Source: Deinococcus radiodurans R1 = ATCC 13939 = DSM 20539 (GTDB lineage Bacteria > Deinococcota > Deinococci > Deinococcales > Deinococcaceae). From it: a stretch of DNA of 32,000 nt. The stretch is from assembly GCF_000008565.1 (NCBI RefSeq), contig NC_001263.1, forward strand, positions 2,003,533 through 2,035,532, given 5' to 3'. The notes under the pieces are model-generated. The model did not search any database, was not told where the DNA came from, and worked only from the letters and a program-made list of their open reading frames with translations. A program made the position numbers and the translations under genes. Shown here one piece after another: positions 1 to 14,914 of the stretch (positions are counted from its first letter, which is position 1; every line of letters begins with the position of its first letter).

Positions 1-66
1 GCCGCCTTCAACCTGCCGCTGCACCGCTTGCAGGACCGGCTGCCGTACATCGTGGACCGGAAATAA
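1..66 (+). CDS. 3' end of an unidentified CDS (last 21 codons AAFNLPLHRLQDRLPYIVDRK*), truncated by the window edge
   Basis: Frame 1 is open from the window edge to TAA at 64-66 and is followed by a strong hairpin terminator. Too short to assign a family. Confidence 0.35.
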   Translation, partial: AAFNLPLHRLQDRLPYIVDRK

Positions 67-75
67 CCCCGCAGC

Positions 76-116
76 AAACACCGCCCGGAACATTCGCGTC
101 CGGGCGGTGTTTCTTT
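76..116. terminator. Hairpin terminator shared by convergent genes
   Basis: aaacaccgcccgg (76-88) pairs with ccgggcggtgttt (100-112), a 13-bp stem. T-rich tail ttctttc on the + strand and tttgctg on the - strand. Lies between the + CDS end (66) and the - CDS end (120). Confidence 0.65.
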
Positions 117-119
117 CGG

Positions 120-644
120 CTATTCCAGCTCGTCGTAATGGTGCAGCAGCGCCGCTTCCGGGTCCCCCACCGAGGCGTGGTGCCGGGCCACGAGTTGCGC
201 GACGCGAGGCCGGGCACCCGCGTAGGCGAGCAACTCGGCCCCCAGTTCAGGGTGTGCCGCCCGGATGCCCAGCGCCCCGGCAGGCGGCAGCAGAATGCTC
301 AGGCGGTGGGGAATCAGGCCGACCAGCACGCGTTCGGCGACATGGTAGGGGCGCACGCTTTTGCCGCAGTCGTGCAGCAGCGAGGCGGCGATCAGCTCGG
401 GGCTGGCGAGGGGATGATCGCCCAGCAGGTGCCGGGTCACGCGGCAAGCGTGTTCACGGTCACGCGGGTCCATGCTGCGGTACACCAGCCGCTCGCCGGG
501 GTTGAGAAACTGCTCGGCCCAGCGGTCGTCGGGGTGGGCGGCGTCGGCCCGCAAGCTGCGCGACAGCCGCCGGACCTTGCCCACGTACCCCCCCAGCTTG
601 CGCCGCAGCCGGTCAGGAAGAGAAAGCCGCAACATGACCGTCAT
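120..644 (-). CDS. HD-domain phosphohydrolase family protein
   Basis: The ORF contains LLHDCGK (the H..HD metal-binding motif) and a later ARHH. Start is uncertain: ATG 644, or ATG 635 with a TACGAT box 7 nt upstream, both more likely than the ORF-maximal 674. Confidence 0.8.
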   Translation of the reverse strand: MTVMLRLSLPDRLRRKLGGYVGKVRRLSRSLRADAAHPDDRWAEQFLNPGERLVYRSMDPRDREHACRVTRHLLGDHPLASPELIAASLLHDCGKSVRPYHVAERVLVGLIPHRLSILLPPAGALGIRAAHPELGAELLAYAGARPRVAQLVARHHASVGDPEAALLHHYDELE

Positions 645-776
645 CGTACCGCCTGCCGCCGAGCGCGCCCGCAAGGCTCACCGGAAGCTCAAGATGGTAG
701 ACAGATCAAGCAGACAAAGAAACCGGAGCGCCACGGTCACGCAGCGCTCCATTCGAGTCAAACAACTCAAGACAGT

Positions 777-1754
<978 letters not shown>

Positions 1755-1761
1755 GCGTCTC

Positions 1762-1770
1762 AGGGTAGCA
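1762..1770 (-). promoter_or_regulatory. Extended -10 box (TGC-TACCCT) 7 nt upstream of the trxB ATG; implies leaderless trxB mRNA
   Basis: Minus strand reads GGTGCTACCCTGAGACGCATG. An AT-rich tract lies upstream (1790-1845). No Shine-Dalgarno sequence. Confidence 0.45.
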
Positions 1771-1835
1771 CCGGGAGGGAGACACAAAAGCGATTTCCAG
1801 TTTATTTTTTAAAGCAAGAAGTGCGACGAAAGACA

Positions 1836-1866
1836 ATAAAAAAGAGAGAAGCTGCGTGAGCTTCTC
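1836..1866 (-). terminator. Intrinsic terminator downstream of tRNA-Gln
   Basis: Minus strand: GAGAAGCT-cacgc-AGCTTCTC (8-bp stem, 1846-1866) followed by TCTTTTTTATT. Confidence 0.65.
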
Positions 1867-1874
1867 CCTCCTTC

Positions 1875-1948
<74 letters not shown>

Positions 1949-2142
1949 ACGACCTTCTCTGGCTTAGCCTCTTGCAAGGCGGGGGGAAGTATAACGGGAG
2001 GCCGTGCGCAACGTCAAGCCCTGAGCCGCTGCCTTTGGGACACCTGCGGCTGTCGCCTTGTCCCCCCCTCAGGAACGGCCAGTCGCCAGAAAATCGAGCC
2101 GGACAGCGCCTTTTCAGTGCTCTCTCTTCTTGCGCTTCCGTG

Positions 2143-2172
2143 TTGCCCCTCGTGAAATATTTCTGATAGAAT
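2143..2172 (+). promoter_or_regulatory. Candidate rpsA promoter (-35 TTGCCC, 18-nt spacer, extended -10 TGa-TAGAAT)
   Basis: TTGCCC at 2143-2148 and TAGAAT at 2167-2172 preceded by TG at 2164-2165. This would give a 5' UTR of about 190 nt. Confidence 0.5.
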
Positions 2173-2368
2173 GAGGTGTTGCCGTGCGCATACCCTCGAA
2201 GTTGCCGCTGCTGTCTGGGCCGCCTTCCGGCGCCGCTCCCTGCCAGGAATCCGCTGGTCGGGAGGCAGGTGCCCCGACAGGCGCCGACAGAGAGGAATGC
2301 AGCACAGGTATCAGGCAAGGCCCGGAGCGTTCCAACGCGAAGGTTTCAGGCCAGGAGGACAGGAGTTC

Positions 2369-4186
<1,818 letters not shown>

Positions 4187-4205
4187 GCTTCGCCGCTGCA
4201 CAAAG

Positions 4206-4233
4206 AACCGCCTCCCCGTGAGGCGGTTTTTTG
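4206..4233. terminator. Intrinsic terminator after rpsA (between convergent rpsA and tdk)
   Basis: ccgcctc (4208-4214) pairs with gaggcgg (4220-4226), followed by tttttt (4227-4232). Confidence 0.8.
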
Positions 4234-4250
4234 TTGGGCGCTGAAAAAGC

Positions 4251-4889
4251 TCAGGAGGCGAGAGGAGAAGGTGTCGTCACTCCTCCCTGAGCACGATGTG
4301 GTGCACGCGGCAGCGCCTCGTAGCTCTCCTGAGCACCGACCAGCACCACCGGGTCGTCGAAGCGGGCGGGCTGGCCACCGATGAGCCGCTGGGTACGGGT
4401 GGCGGGCGCACCGCACACCGTGCAGATGGCCGTCAATTTGTCCACGCTTTCGGCGCGGGCGAGCAACTCGGGCATGGACCCGAACGGCTCGGCGCGGAAA
4501 TCGAGGTCGAGCCCGGCGAGGACCACCCGCACGCCCGCGTCGGCAAGTTCAAGGACCAGCGGCACCAGCTCCGGGCCGAAAAACTGCGCTTCGTCGATGC
4601 CGATTACGTCTACCCCTTCAGGAGCGGCGCTGAGCAGTTCGCCCTGACCGGAGAGCTGGGCGCGGATCGCCTGGGCATCGGGCACCGCCACCGCTTCGAG
4701 CGTGCGCCCGGCATGGCTAGCGACCTCGCTGGCGTGGTAGCGGTTGTCGATGGCCGGCTTGAACACGGCGACCCGCTGCCGGGCGATCAGGGAGCGGGTC
4801 AGGCGGCGAATGAGTTCTTCACTCTTGCCGCTGAACATGGGACCGACAACCACTTCGAGGTGGCCGCCGGAATAGGGAGAACGTAACAC
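4251..4889 (-). CDS. tdk: Thymidine kinase
   Basis: P-loop [20 protein letters not shown], and a C-terminal zinc-ribbon-like [16 protein letters not shown] start at 4889 with a CATACT box 6 nt upstream. Confidence 0.9.
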   Translation of the reverse strand: MLRSPYSGGHLEVVVGPMFSGKSEELIRRLTRSLIARQRVAVFKPAIDNRYHASEVASHAGRTLEAVAVPDAQAIRAQLSGQGELLSAAPEGVDVIGIDEAQFFGPELVPLVLELADAGVRVVLAGLDLDFRAEPFGSMPELLARAESVDKLTAICTVCGAPATRTQRLIGGQPARFDDPVVLVGAQESYEALPRAPHRAQGGVTTPSPLAS

Positions 4890-4942
4890 CTGCGGAGTAT
4901 GCCAGAGACGCCGGGGGGCTGGGCAGTTCAGGGGCAGGGCAC

Positions 4943-6217
4943 TCAGGGCCGGTCTTGCTGGGCGGCCTTCACGGCGTCGGCCTTGGCACGCTCGGCGGGG
5001 GTGTCGGTGGGCAGCGGGATGGCGGGCGCCTTCTGGGGCCGCTGCTCGCCCAGCACCTCGTCCACGGCGGCATTGATCCAGGCGAAGGCGCGGCGGGTAT
5101 TGGGCATGGTGTAGGTCTCGTCGGCGCCGTGCTGCATAAAGGCGTACACCACCCGGCGCCCGTCCTTGGTCTGGAAATAGCCGCTGTAGGTCAGCAGTTT
5201 CCAGCCGTTGCCGCCCTTACCGCCGAAAAAGTCGATGTTGCCCGCGTGCTGCGCCTTGAGGGCCGAGCGTCCGAAGCCGGTTGCCATCACCTCGCGCTGC
5301 CAGTTCTGGGCGCGGGGCGAAAGGCCGGGGCGCAGGAACTCGTGGGTGACCAGCGTGGCGAGCTCGTAAGGGGTGCTGAGGTTGTGGACCTTCAGATCGT
5401 CGGCGGGGTCATAGCGGTGGTCGAAATAGTCGTCGAGCCGCCGCTGCAACTGGTCGTAGCGCTGCCGCTGGGCGTCGGCGTCAATCTGCCGGGCGAGTTG
5501 CAGGCGCTGCAAGCCACTGGTCGTGCCCCAGTCGCGGTTGCTGGTGAAGGCCGGTGAGAGCCCCGTCTCGGCCACCCACCACGCCTTGGTCGGCAGAATC
5601 AGGCGGGTGTGGCACAGGTGCAGGCGGTCAGCCACGTCCTGCACCCGTTGCAGCCCGATGCGGCGGTGGAGGATGTCGGTGGCCGTGTTGTCGCTGAACT
5701 GCACCATGCGCTGCGAGAGCTCGCGCACATTGGAGCCGTCGTAGGGGTAATCGCCCAGGCTCTGGTTTTGCGGCGTCACGTCGAAGCGCTCGTTCGGTGA
5801 GATTCTGCCCGCGTCGAACTCGCGCAGCAGCGCCCAGAGCACGGCCTGCTTGTAGGTGCTCGCCAGGGGAAACACGCCGTCGGGGTTGAAGGCCACCGCC
5901 CGGCGCGGCTCCAGCGTGCGGGGGTCCACCTCGGCCACCCACAGGCCCAGCCGCCCGCTGAGGGGTTGTGGCGGACGCGGCGCTTGAGTGACAGCCGGGG
6001 CAGCGGGAAGGCAGCCGTCAGCCGCCGGAGCTGAGACTGCCGGTTCTGTTGCTGTGGGCGCAGGACTTGATGCGGAGGCAGCCTTCCGTGGGGCAGCTTG
6101 TGACTGCGCCGCAGCGGCGGCGGGCGGGGCCGTATCCTGAGCTTCCCGGTTGCGGCAGGCGTTGATGCCGGCCCCCAGCAGCAGCAGCGCCAGGGTCAGA
6201 CGAATGGTGCCGCGCAC
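4943..6217 (-). CDS. Class-A beta-lactamase-like serine hydrolase, probable lipoprotein
   Basis: SxxK (ASTYK), SDN (FSDNTATD) and a KTG-like GKGGNGW motif. N-terminal signal sequence with Cys ([11 protein letters not shown]) followed by an Ala/Pro-rich linker. GTG start. Confidence 0.75.
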   Translation of the reverse strand: MRGTIRLTLALLLLGAGINACRNREAQDTAPPAAAAAQSQAAPRKAASASSPAPTATEPAVSAPAADGCLPAAPAVTQAPRPPQPLSGRLGLWVAEVDPRTLEPRRAVAFNPDGVFPLASTYKQAVLWALLREFDAGRISPNERFDVTPQNQSLGDYPYDGSNVRELSQRMVQFSDNTATDILHRRIGLQRVQDVADRLHLCHTRLILPTKAWWVAETGLSPAFTSNRDWGTTSGLQRLQLARQIDADAQRQRYDQLQRRLDDYFDHRYDPADDLKVHNLSTPYELATLVTHEFLRPGLSPRAQNWQREVMATGFGRSALKAQHAGNIDFFGGKGGNGWKLLTYSGYFQTKDGRRVVYAFMQHGADETYTMPNTRRAFAWINAAVDEVLGEQRPQKAPAIPLPTDTPAERAKADAVKAAQQDRP

Positions 6218-6219
6218 GC

Positions 6220-7065
6220 TCAGGCGCTCAGGGGTTCGAGGGCCACCCCGACCGCGCCCGGCCCCGCGTGCACCGTGACCACGGCGCCGATTTCATGGTC
6301 GCCCATGTCCTGAAAGTGCAGGTCGCTGAGCTGCGCCCGGACGGCGGCGCGGTCCTCTTCCCCACCCACCGTCGCCAGAAACGCCACCCGCGCCCCGCCA
6401 TGCTGGCTCACGTAGCGGCGCACATGCTCGGCGAGGTCGGCCAGCGCCTTTTTCTGCCCGCGCACCCGGCCCCCGGCGTCCACCCGACCCCCGCGCACGA
6501 CGAGCAGCGGCTTGATGTTGAGCAGCCCGCCGAGCAGCGCCGACGCGCCCCCGATGCGCCCGTTAAGTCGCAGAAAATCCAGCGTGTCCACCGTAAACCG
6601 CAGGTCGGCTTGCGGGTAGACGCGTTCCAGGGTCTGCACGATCTGGGGCACGCTCTGCCCCGCCCGCACCAATTCGGCGGCGCGCAGCACCTGAAGGCCC
6701 AGCCCCAGCGTCACGGTATGGGTGTCCACCACCGTGACTCGGCCTCCGAACTCCTGCGCCGCCAGCCGGGCACTGCCGACCGTGCCCGAGAGCTGACCGC
6801 TGATATGCAGGCTGAGCACTTCGTCGGCGTGTTCCAGCGCTTGAGCGTAGGCCTGGGCAAACTCGGCGGGGCTGGGCTGCGACGTGCTGGGGATCGCCTT
6901 GCCGGCGCGCACCCCCTCCACGAGCTGCCGGGCGCTGAGTTGCACACCGTCCTGATAGAGCTGACCTTCGAACAGCACATAAAGCGGAACACCCGTCACG
7001 CCCAGGGCGGCGAGGTGTTCCGGTGTCAGGTCACTCGTGGAATCCGTGACGATGGCAATCGACAT
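6220..7065 (-). CDS. DegV family fatty-acid-binding protein
   Basis: [14 protein letters not shown]-terminus and overall DegV-like sequence, 281 aa. TAACAT box 6 nt upstream of the ATG. Confidence 0.9.
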   Translation of the reverse strand: MSIAIVTDSTSDLTPEHLAALGVTGVPLYVLFEGQLYQDGVQLSARQLVEGVRAGKAIPSTSQPSPAEFAQAYAQALEHADEVLSLHISGQLSGTVGSARLAAQEFGGRVTVVDTHTVTLGLGLQVLRAAELVRAGQSVPQIVQTLERVYPQADLRFTVDTLDFLRLNGRIGGASALLGGLLNIKPLLVVRGGRVDAGGRVRGQKKALADLAEHVRRYVSQHGGARVAFLATVGGEEDRAAVRAQLSDLHFQDMGDHEIGAVVTVHAGPGAVGVALEPLSA

Positions 7066-7131
7066 TACCGGATGTTAGCGTCAAACACAGGCCTGACATA
7101 TGGAGTGCGCCGCCCGGACGCCAGGAACCAC

Positions 7132-7158
7132 AAAAAACCGGCCCCCGCAGGAACCGGC
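7132..7158 (-). terminator. Intrinsic terminator after the Gly/Thr-rich protein gene
   Basis: Minus strand: GCCGGTTCC-tgcg-GGGGCCGGT stem (including G-U pairs) followed by TTTTTT. Confidence 0.55.
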
Positions 7159-7177
7159 TTGCTCAAAAGAGCGGACT

Positions 7178-7825
7178 TTAGCTGTTGAGGATTTCGCCGC
7201 CGTGCTTGTTGACGGCGTCCATCAGCACGTCCTGGGGCACGTTGTCGTCCACGGCCACCGCGCGGCCACCAGCGTTGACGCTTTCGTTGACGCGGTTGTA
7301 GTAGGCGTCGTCGGCTTCGTAGTTGGTGGTGTAGGAGTCGCTGTAGCTGTCATAGCTGGTGCCGCCGGTTTCATCGACGCCCGCGGCGCCGCCCACAGCG
7401 CCCACCGCCGCGCCGACACCCGAACCCAGGGCCGTCATGCCGAGGATTACGGGGAGGGCGAGGCCGCCGGTCGCCACTGTGGCGGCGGTGCCGATCACAG
7501 CCGCCGCCGCGCCGGTCAGGGCGCCCGCAACGGTGCCCTTGACAGCGCCCGCACCGGCGTCTTCAGCGGTGCCGCCGCCGTCCACGTAGCCGCCGTCAGC
7601 GTAGCTGGTGGTGTTGGTGGTCGTCGTGGTGGCGGCGGGGGTCGTCACGGTGCCGGTCGTGGTGCCGGTGCTCATGGTGTCACCGGCAGCCTGCTGCACG
7701 CGGCGGCTCATGTTCATGGTGCCCACCTGGGGCTGCACCACACCACGGCTTTGCAGGTCGGCGATAAAGGCGTCGGCGGCAGACACGGTCGGAAACAGAA
7801 TGTGCTTCATAGGTGTCAGTGTCAC
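7178..7825 (-). CDS. Hypothetical Thr/Gly/Ala-rich protein with a central glycine-zipper hydrophobic segment; termini resemble general-stress (YflT-like) modules
   Basis: Start is either GTG 7825, 7 nt downstream of GGGAGG, or ATG 7810. Central segment is [54 protein letters not shown]. The family assignment is from memory of similar stress proteins and is tentative. Confidence 0.6.
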
Positions 7826-7949
7826 AGTTACGCCTCCCACTCAAATGAGAGTTCAGACAATGTGGCTTGGTTTGCCGGGGAGACGCCGTTTAAGGAGCGG
7901 GGGCTCACCCAGCACCCGTCACCTTCTTGTGCGGCATTTCATAGCAGAT

Positions 7950-7976
7950 GAACCCGCGCGGGTCAGGCGCGGGTCC
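7950..7976 (-). terminator. GC-rich hairpin downstream of phoH (possible terminator, weak U-tract)
   Basis: acccgcgc (7952-7959) pairs with gcgcgggt (7967-7974). On the minus strand it is followed by TTCATCTG only. Confidence 0.35.
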
Positions 7977-8001
7977 ATCTGCGGTGAGGCTGATGTTTTG
8001 T

Positions 8002-9051
<1,050 letters not shown>

Positions 9052-9260
9052 CTTATCTCCTGTCCTGGCCCCCGCAGGGGCACAGTCCTCCCCTAGGGGC
9101 CGGGGAGGGAAAGGGGGCGAAAAAAGGCATTCGGATAGCGCCATTGTGTGACGCCGGGCGCCGGGCCTGGGTATGCCGGTCCACATTTACGGCTGCGAGG
9201 CTGCCCTCGGCCCGCAGGATGGCACCCGGCAACGAGCCGCACATCGGCCACCTGGCGGAG

Positions 9261-9695
9261 TCAAGATTCTGTTACAAGCACCGCCCAGAAGCGCTCGACA
9301 GGCCCCGGCAACCAGACGAGGTTCACCTGAGAGTCGGTGCCCCACAACACGGCTTTTTGCCCAAACGTCTCGCCCCAGTCCCGTGCCTTCTCCAGAGGTG
9401 CCCCCGGAATGAGCAGGCTGTCCTCGGCCCACTCGCCGTTGCCGTTGCGAGCGGGATGTGGGGAGAAACCCGCCTGCGTCACAGCAGCCAGCAACTCACC
9501 CTGCCGGGCATGGTTCTCGGCGTCCGGGGCCTGCTGAGCGTCCGGGTTCCAGGCGGTGACGATGGCCCAGGGACCGTGTGCCCAGCGGGGAGCAGGGCCG
9601 GGAACGGGGCTGAGGCACATACGCTTGCCGGGCGGGCCGTAAAGCGTCGCCAGGAACGCGGCCCGCAGCTCGGGGTCGGGCGTGGGGCCGGTCAA
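9261..9695 (-). CDS. Conserved hypothetical protein (resembles the DUF3293 family, IVTAWNP motif)
   Basis: 144-codon ORF. The TTG start overlaps the stop of the upstream gene (TTGA). High GC3. Family recalled from memory only. Confidence 0.55.
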   Translation of the reverse strand: MTGPTPDPELRAAFLATLYGPPGKRMCLSPVPGPAPRWAHGPWAIVTAWNPDAQQAPDAENHARQGELLAAVTQAGFSPHPARNGNGEWAEDSLLIPGAPLEKARDWGETFGQKAVLWGTDSQVNLVWLPGPVERFWAVLVTES

Positions 9696-10081
9696 CGCGT
9701 GACCACCGCCTGGGCATTGAGCGTCTGGCCGCTGCGCAGGCGCAGGGTGAGCATCACCCGCTGTCCGGGGCGAAACTTGCCGCCGAGCACCACCCGGTAC
9801 GCCGAGCCGCTGCCCAGCATCAGCGTGCCGGAAAGCGGCAGGGCGGCGGTGGTCACGCAGCGCGGGGCACAGCGCAGCAGTCGGGCACGGCCCACAGTGC
9901 TCCAGACGCCGGTCAGGGCGTCGTGCGGCGCGCCGCGCACCTGCCCTTGCAGCAGCGCCCCGCCGTAGGAGAGCCGCAGCCCGAGCTGCGCGGCGGGCGC
10001 GGCCTGCCCGGTGCCGAGAAAGCCGCCAAGGAGGCCAGCGAGCAGCGCCGACAGCGCCAGCATCCGGGCAGGGCGCTTCAT
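9692..10081 (-). CDS. Secreted hypothetical protein (signal peptide)
   Basis: N-terminus [29 protein letters not shown] is a typical Sec signal. Its ATG overlaps the truD stop (ATGA). Confidence 0.6.
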
Positions 10082-11139
10082 TCGCCGTCCCCCGCTTCGC
10101 CCTCGTCGGTCGTGTCTGGGCCGGCGCCTGGCGCGTCCACCTCGGTCTTCATCACCTCGCGCAGCACGCTGGTGGCGAAACTGCCCTTGGGGAGGGTGAA
10201 GGCGAGCACGTAACCGTCGTCCTCAGGGCGCACTTCAGCCTCAGCGGGAAAGACGCGAATCAGGCGGCGGTCGCCCTTGCGCGAGGCGAAGACCTGCGGG
10301 GACAGGCCGAACAGCGCGAGGGCCTCGGCCTCCAGGGCGCCCGCGTCGGCGGTGAGGGGCTTGACCTTGCGTCCGAAGAGGGTTCCGGTCGCGCTGACCT
10401 CGCCGCGCTGCGCTCTGGGGGTCTCGGCCCCGGCGTCCTCCACCAGAAAGACGCCGCCCGTGTCGTGCTTTTTCGCCATGTCGCCGGTCAGCAGGCGGTC
10501 GAAGACCTCGCGCTCCAGCCGCAGGCTCACCAGTGCGTTGAAGATGGCACTCTGCACGCTGCTCGTCAGGAAGCGGCGCACGCGGGGGTCGCGCAGTTCC
10601 GACTCGCCGCGCAGCACCCGCAGGCCCTCCTCGGCGTTGAGCCCGCCGAGGCCGAAGCGCTGGGGGCCGAAATAGTTGGGCACGCCGCCCTGCGCGAGCG
10701 TCGCCAGCGTCTCCCCTGCCTGCTCGGCCATGCCCGCCGCGCCGCGCACCCGCACCACGAAGCGGTTGCCGTGCAGGTGGCCCATGCCGAGCTTGTTGGT
10801 GTGGCGCGAGGTTTCCAGAATCCGCACGCCGGGCAGCGAGAAGTCGCCCATGCGCGGCTCGACTTTGGCGGGGAGGCTCAGCCACTGGGTGGTCACGGCG
10901 TGGCGGTCCTTGAGGCCGGCGACCCCCACGTCGCGGTCACGCACGCCGAGCTGCGCGCACAGCTCGCGGACCACGTGCGCGGTGGTGTGGCGGGTCTTTT
11001 CCACGTGCAGGTACAGGTACTCGCCGCTGCCGCCGGGCAGGTAGGCGGGCACCTCCTGCACCTGAAAGTCGGCAGGCTCGGCCCGCAGGCGGCCCCCGGT
11101 GCCGGGAGAAGTCGTTCGCTCGCAGCGCCGACCAGTCAA
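10078..11139 (-). CDS. truD: tRNA pseudouridine(13) synthase TruD
   Basis: [14 protein letters not shown]-terminal motif, catalytic-Asp motif [13 protein letters not shown], 353 aa. TTG start at 11139 is the only in-frame start and is uncertain. Confidence 0.9.
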
Positions 11140-11209
11140 AGATGAGGCTCATTGCGCCCGATTGTAAGCGCCCGTTGCCAGGGCTGCCGGCAAACGCGCG
11201 CCGCGCTGC

Positions 11210-11908
11210 ATGAACGGCCCCTCGCCCGCGCCGCATTTTTCTTTTCCCCCGGCGGCGGACACTGGGGGCATGACGCGCCCGCCTCCCCCACGCCCCACCT
11301 CCTTTCTGGACCCGCCCCCACGGGCCGTTTCGCCGCTGGCGCCGGGCCGCCCGCACGTCAAGGCCGCGGCGGGGGTGACGGCGGGCCTGATCGCGCTGCT
11401 CTGGGGGCAGGAGGTGGCCGACCAGTTTCTCTTCGGCACCCGGCTGGACGGGTACGGCATCGAGCCGCGCCAGGTGGGAACCTTCTGGCACGTGTTCACG
11501 GCGCCCTTTTTGCACGCGGGGTTTCCGCACCTGATCGCCAACACGGTACCGCTGGCGGTGTTGGCCTTCATGACCGCCGTGCGCTCGGTGAGCCGCTTTC
11601 TGGTCGCCACCTTCCTGATTGCCCTGATCGGCGGCGGGCTGGTGTGGCTGTTAGGGCGCAGCGGCTCGGTGCATCTGGGGGCGAGCGAACTGGTGTTCGG
11701 CTACCTCGCGTACCTGCTCGGCGTGGGCTGGTGGGAACGGACGCCGCTGTCCGTCGTGATCGCGGTGATCGCCTTCGCGCTCTACGGCGGCGTGCTGTGG
11801 GGCGTGCTGCCGAGCAACCCCGCCATCTCGTGGGAGGCGCACCTCTTCGGCTTTATCGGCGGGCTGGTCGCGGCGGCGCTGCTGCACCGGAAGGTGCGTC
11901 GGGCATGA
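11210..11908 (+). CDS. Rhomboid family intramembrane serine protease
   Basis: [25 protein letters not shown] (GxSxxxxG, catalytic Ser) and HLFGFIGG (catalytic His), with multiple TM segments. The start could be ATG 11270 instead. Confidence 0.85.
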   Translation: MNGPSPAPHFSFPPAADTGGMTRPPPPRPTSFLDPPPRAVSPLAPGRPHVKAAAGVTAGLIALLWGQEVADQFLFGTRLDGYGIEPRQVGTFWHVFTAPFLHAGFPHLIANTVPLAVLAFMTAVRSVSRFLVATFLIALIGGGLVWLLGRSGSVHLGASELVFGYLAYLLGVGWWERTPLSVVIAVIAFALYGGVLWGVLPSNPAISWEAHLFGFIGGLVAAALLHRKVRRA

Positions 11909-12009
11909 AGGGTGGGCTAAACGGCGTGACGGTTCCGTCAGCCGGAGCGTGTCAAACTGCACGGCACGTCTCCGGCCACTGACCGGGGAGCCTGCCGAGG
12001 GGCCTGCCT

Positions 12010-12834
12010 ATGCGCTGCGAAATCCGACACACCACCGAGTATCACTACCCCAAACCCGCCTGGGACTCGTTCAATGAAGTCCGCCTGCATCCGGTGCAGG
12101 AGGTGCGGCAGACGCTGCGTTCCTTTCACCTGAACGTGACGCCGGAAGCCGAAATCACGTCCCACAAGGACTATTTCGGGACGCTGGTGCACCATGTCCA
12201 CGTGCATGAGGCGCACACCGAACTGCGGATCGAGGCGCAGGCCATCGTGGACACCCACGCCGTGACGCTGCCGCTGCCCGCCCCCATGAGTGTGCTCGAA
12301 GACGTGCGGCCCAGGAACATCGAGTTTCTGGTGCCGTCTCCGCGCGTGCCTGCCGGAGACTGGCCGGAAATCTTCGAGGTGCGCCGTCCGGGGCCGAAGG
12401 ACGACCTGCCGAGCTTTCTGAGCGACCTCAACACCTTCCTCTACCACCGCTTTACCTACGACGCCAAGGCGACCGGCGTGAACACTCCGCTCGCTGAGTT
12501 CGCGCGGCACGGACGGGGCGTGTGCCAGGACTTTACCCACGCCATGCTGGGCATCTTGCGTCAGCTCGGGATTCCGGCCCGCTACGTCAGCGGCTACCTC
12601 TACAGCGGCGGAGAAATGCGGGGCGCCGAGGCCACCCACGCCTGGGTGGAGGCGCTCATTCCGGGCTACGGCTGGCTGGGCTACGACCCCACCAACAACC
12701 GGCTGGCCGGCGAAAAACACATCAAGATCGCCCACGGGCGCGAGTACAGCGACGTGTCCCCGGTGCGCGGCACCTACTACGGCGGCGGCCAGGGCAAGCT
12801 GGACGTGGCGGTGCACGTGTACGGGGAGCAGTAA
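12010..12834 (+). CDS. Transglutaminase-like (Cys-His-Asp) family protein with bacterial TGase N-terminal domain
   Basis: GVCQDFTH (Cys), THAWVE (His), GYDPTN (Asp). N-terminus RHTTEYHY. GAGGGG lies 8 nt upstream of the ATG. Confidence 0.9.
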   Translation: MRCEIRHTTEYHYPKPAWDSFNEVRLHPVQEVRQTLRSFHLNVTPEAEITSHKDYFGTLVHHVHVHEAHTELRIEAQAIVDTHAVTLPLPAPMSVLEDVRPRNIEFLVPSPRVPAGDWPEIFEVRRPGPKDDLPSFLSDLNTFLYHRFTYDAKATGVNTPLAEFARHGRGVCQDFTHAMLGILRQLGIPARYVSGYLYSGGEMRGAEATHAWVEALIPGYGWLGYDPTNNRLAGEKHIKIAHGREYSDVSPVRGTYYGGGQGKLDVAVHVYGEQ

Positions 12835-12867
12835 AACAAAACTCCCCCCGCCGGTCAGCGAGGGGAG
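12833..12867 (-). terminator. Hairpin between convergent genes, U-tract on the minus strand (Yip1 gene terminator)
   Basis: ctcccc (12842-12847) pairs with ggggag (12862-12867). The minus strand continues TTTTGTTTTAC. Confidence 0.5.
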
Positions 12868-12882
12868 GGTGTTCAGGAAGAC

Positions 12883-13467
12883 TTACAGCCCGAACAGTGA
12901 GCGGAGCAGCACCGGCTCGACGATGCTATAGGCCAGTGCCGAGAGCACCAGTGTCACCCCGGCCTTGACCGGGTCGCGCAGGTTCATGCTCGACTGCACG
13001 GCGAGAAAGCCGAAGAAAGCCAGCGCCAGCGCAATCACCACGCTCTGCACGAACCAGCCGAAGATGGGAATGATGCCGAGCAGGGTGCCCACGATGCTCA
13101 GCGGCACGAAGAACAGGGCAAAGGTGTAGGCGACTTCCGAGTAGCGGCCCGTGCCGCCGAACAGGTAGCGGCCAATCAGGTACACCGCGCCGGTAAAGAC
13201 GAGGAACTGCGCCGGAATCCCGATGAGGCGCGAGAACAACTGGCCGAAAAAGGTCACGTCGCTGTGAAAGACCGAGAACAGCGCGGCAATCACGCCCGAG
13301 ACGGCAGCGGCGAGCAGGACATACATCAGCGCTTGCCCGGTGCCGCCCCGCCGCTCAAAGCGCTCGAAGGTGCTGGGCGCAGGCCGGGCCAGGACCGCCG
13401 TGCTCTGGGCGAACATGTCCGAAATCTGGCTGGGTGCGCTGGGCGTGGAAAAGGGGGAGCGGGTCAT
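12883..13467 (-). CDS. Yip1-family integral membrane protein
   Basis: 194 aa with a soluble N-terminus followed by 4-5 hydrophobic helices. Resembles the Yip1 domain architecture. Confidence 0.7.
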   Translation of the reverse strand: MTRSPFSTPSAPSQISDMFAQSTAVLARPAPSTFERFERRGGTGQALMYVLLAAAVSGVIAALFSVFHSDVTFFGQLFSRLIGIPAQFLVFTGAVYLIGRYLFGGTGRYSEVAYTFALFFVPLSIVGTLLGIIPIFGWFVQSVVIALALAFFGFLAVQSSMNLRDPVKAGVTLVLSALAYSIVEPVLLRSLFGL

Positions 13468-13517
13468 GCCTTCAATACGCGCCCTGTGCCCCGGCGGTTG
13501 CCCCCCGCCGCCCTGAG

Positions 13518-14798
<1,281 letters not shown>

Positions 14799-14837
14799 GG
14801 GCCTTACTGTGCCATGTCCGGCGCAGGCCAGGGGGAT

Positions 14838-14886
14838 AGAAAAGCGAGAGGGCCGGGAAGGGCATTTCCCATGACCTCTCGCCTTT
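14838..14886 (-). terminator. Structured terminator downstream of plsX
   Basis: Minus strand: GCGAGAGG (14882-14875 region) pairs with CCTCTCGC, with an inner GGGAA/TTCCC stem, followed by TTTTCT. Confidence 0.5.
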
Positions 14887-14914
14887 CAGAGTGAGCCGGG
14901 CGGCTCAGCCGTTC

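Noticed and set aside
9068-9099. GC-rich palindromes (gcccc-cgca-ggggc and cccctagggg) upstream of phoH as regulatory sites.
   Set aside because: Short G/C palindromes of this kind are expected by chance at 67% GC. They were used only as an argument against the long phoH N-terminus.
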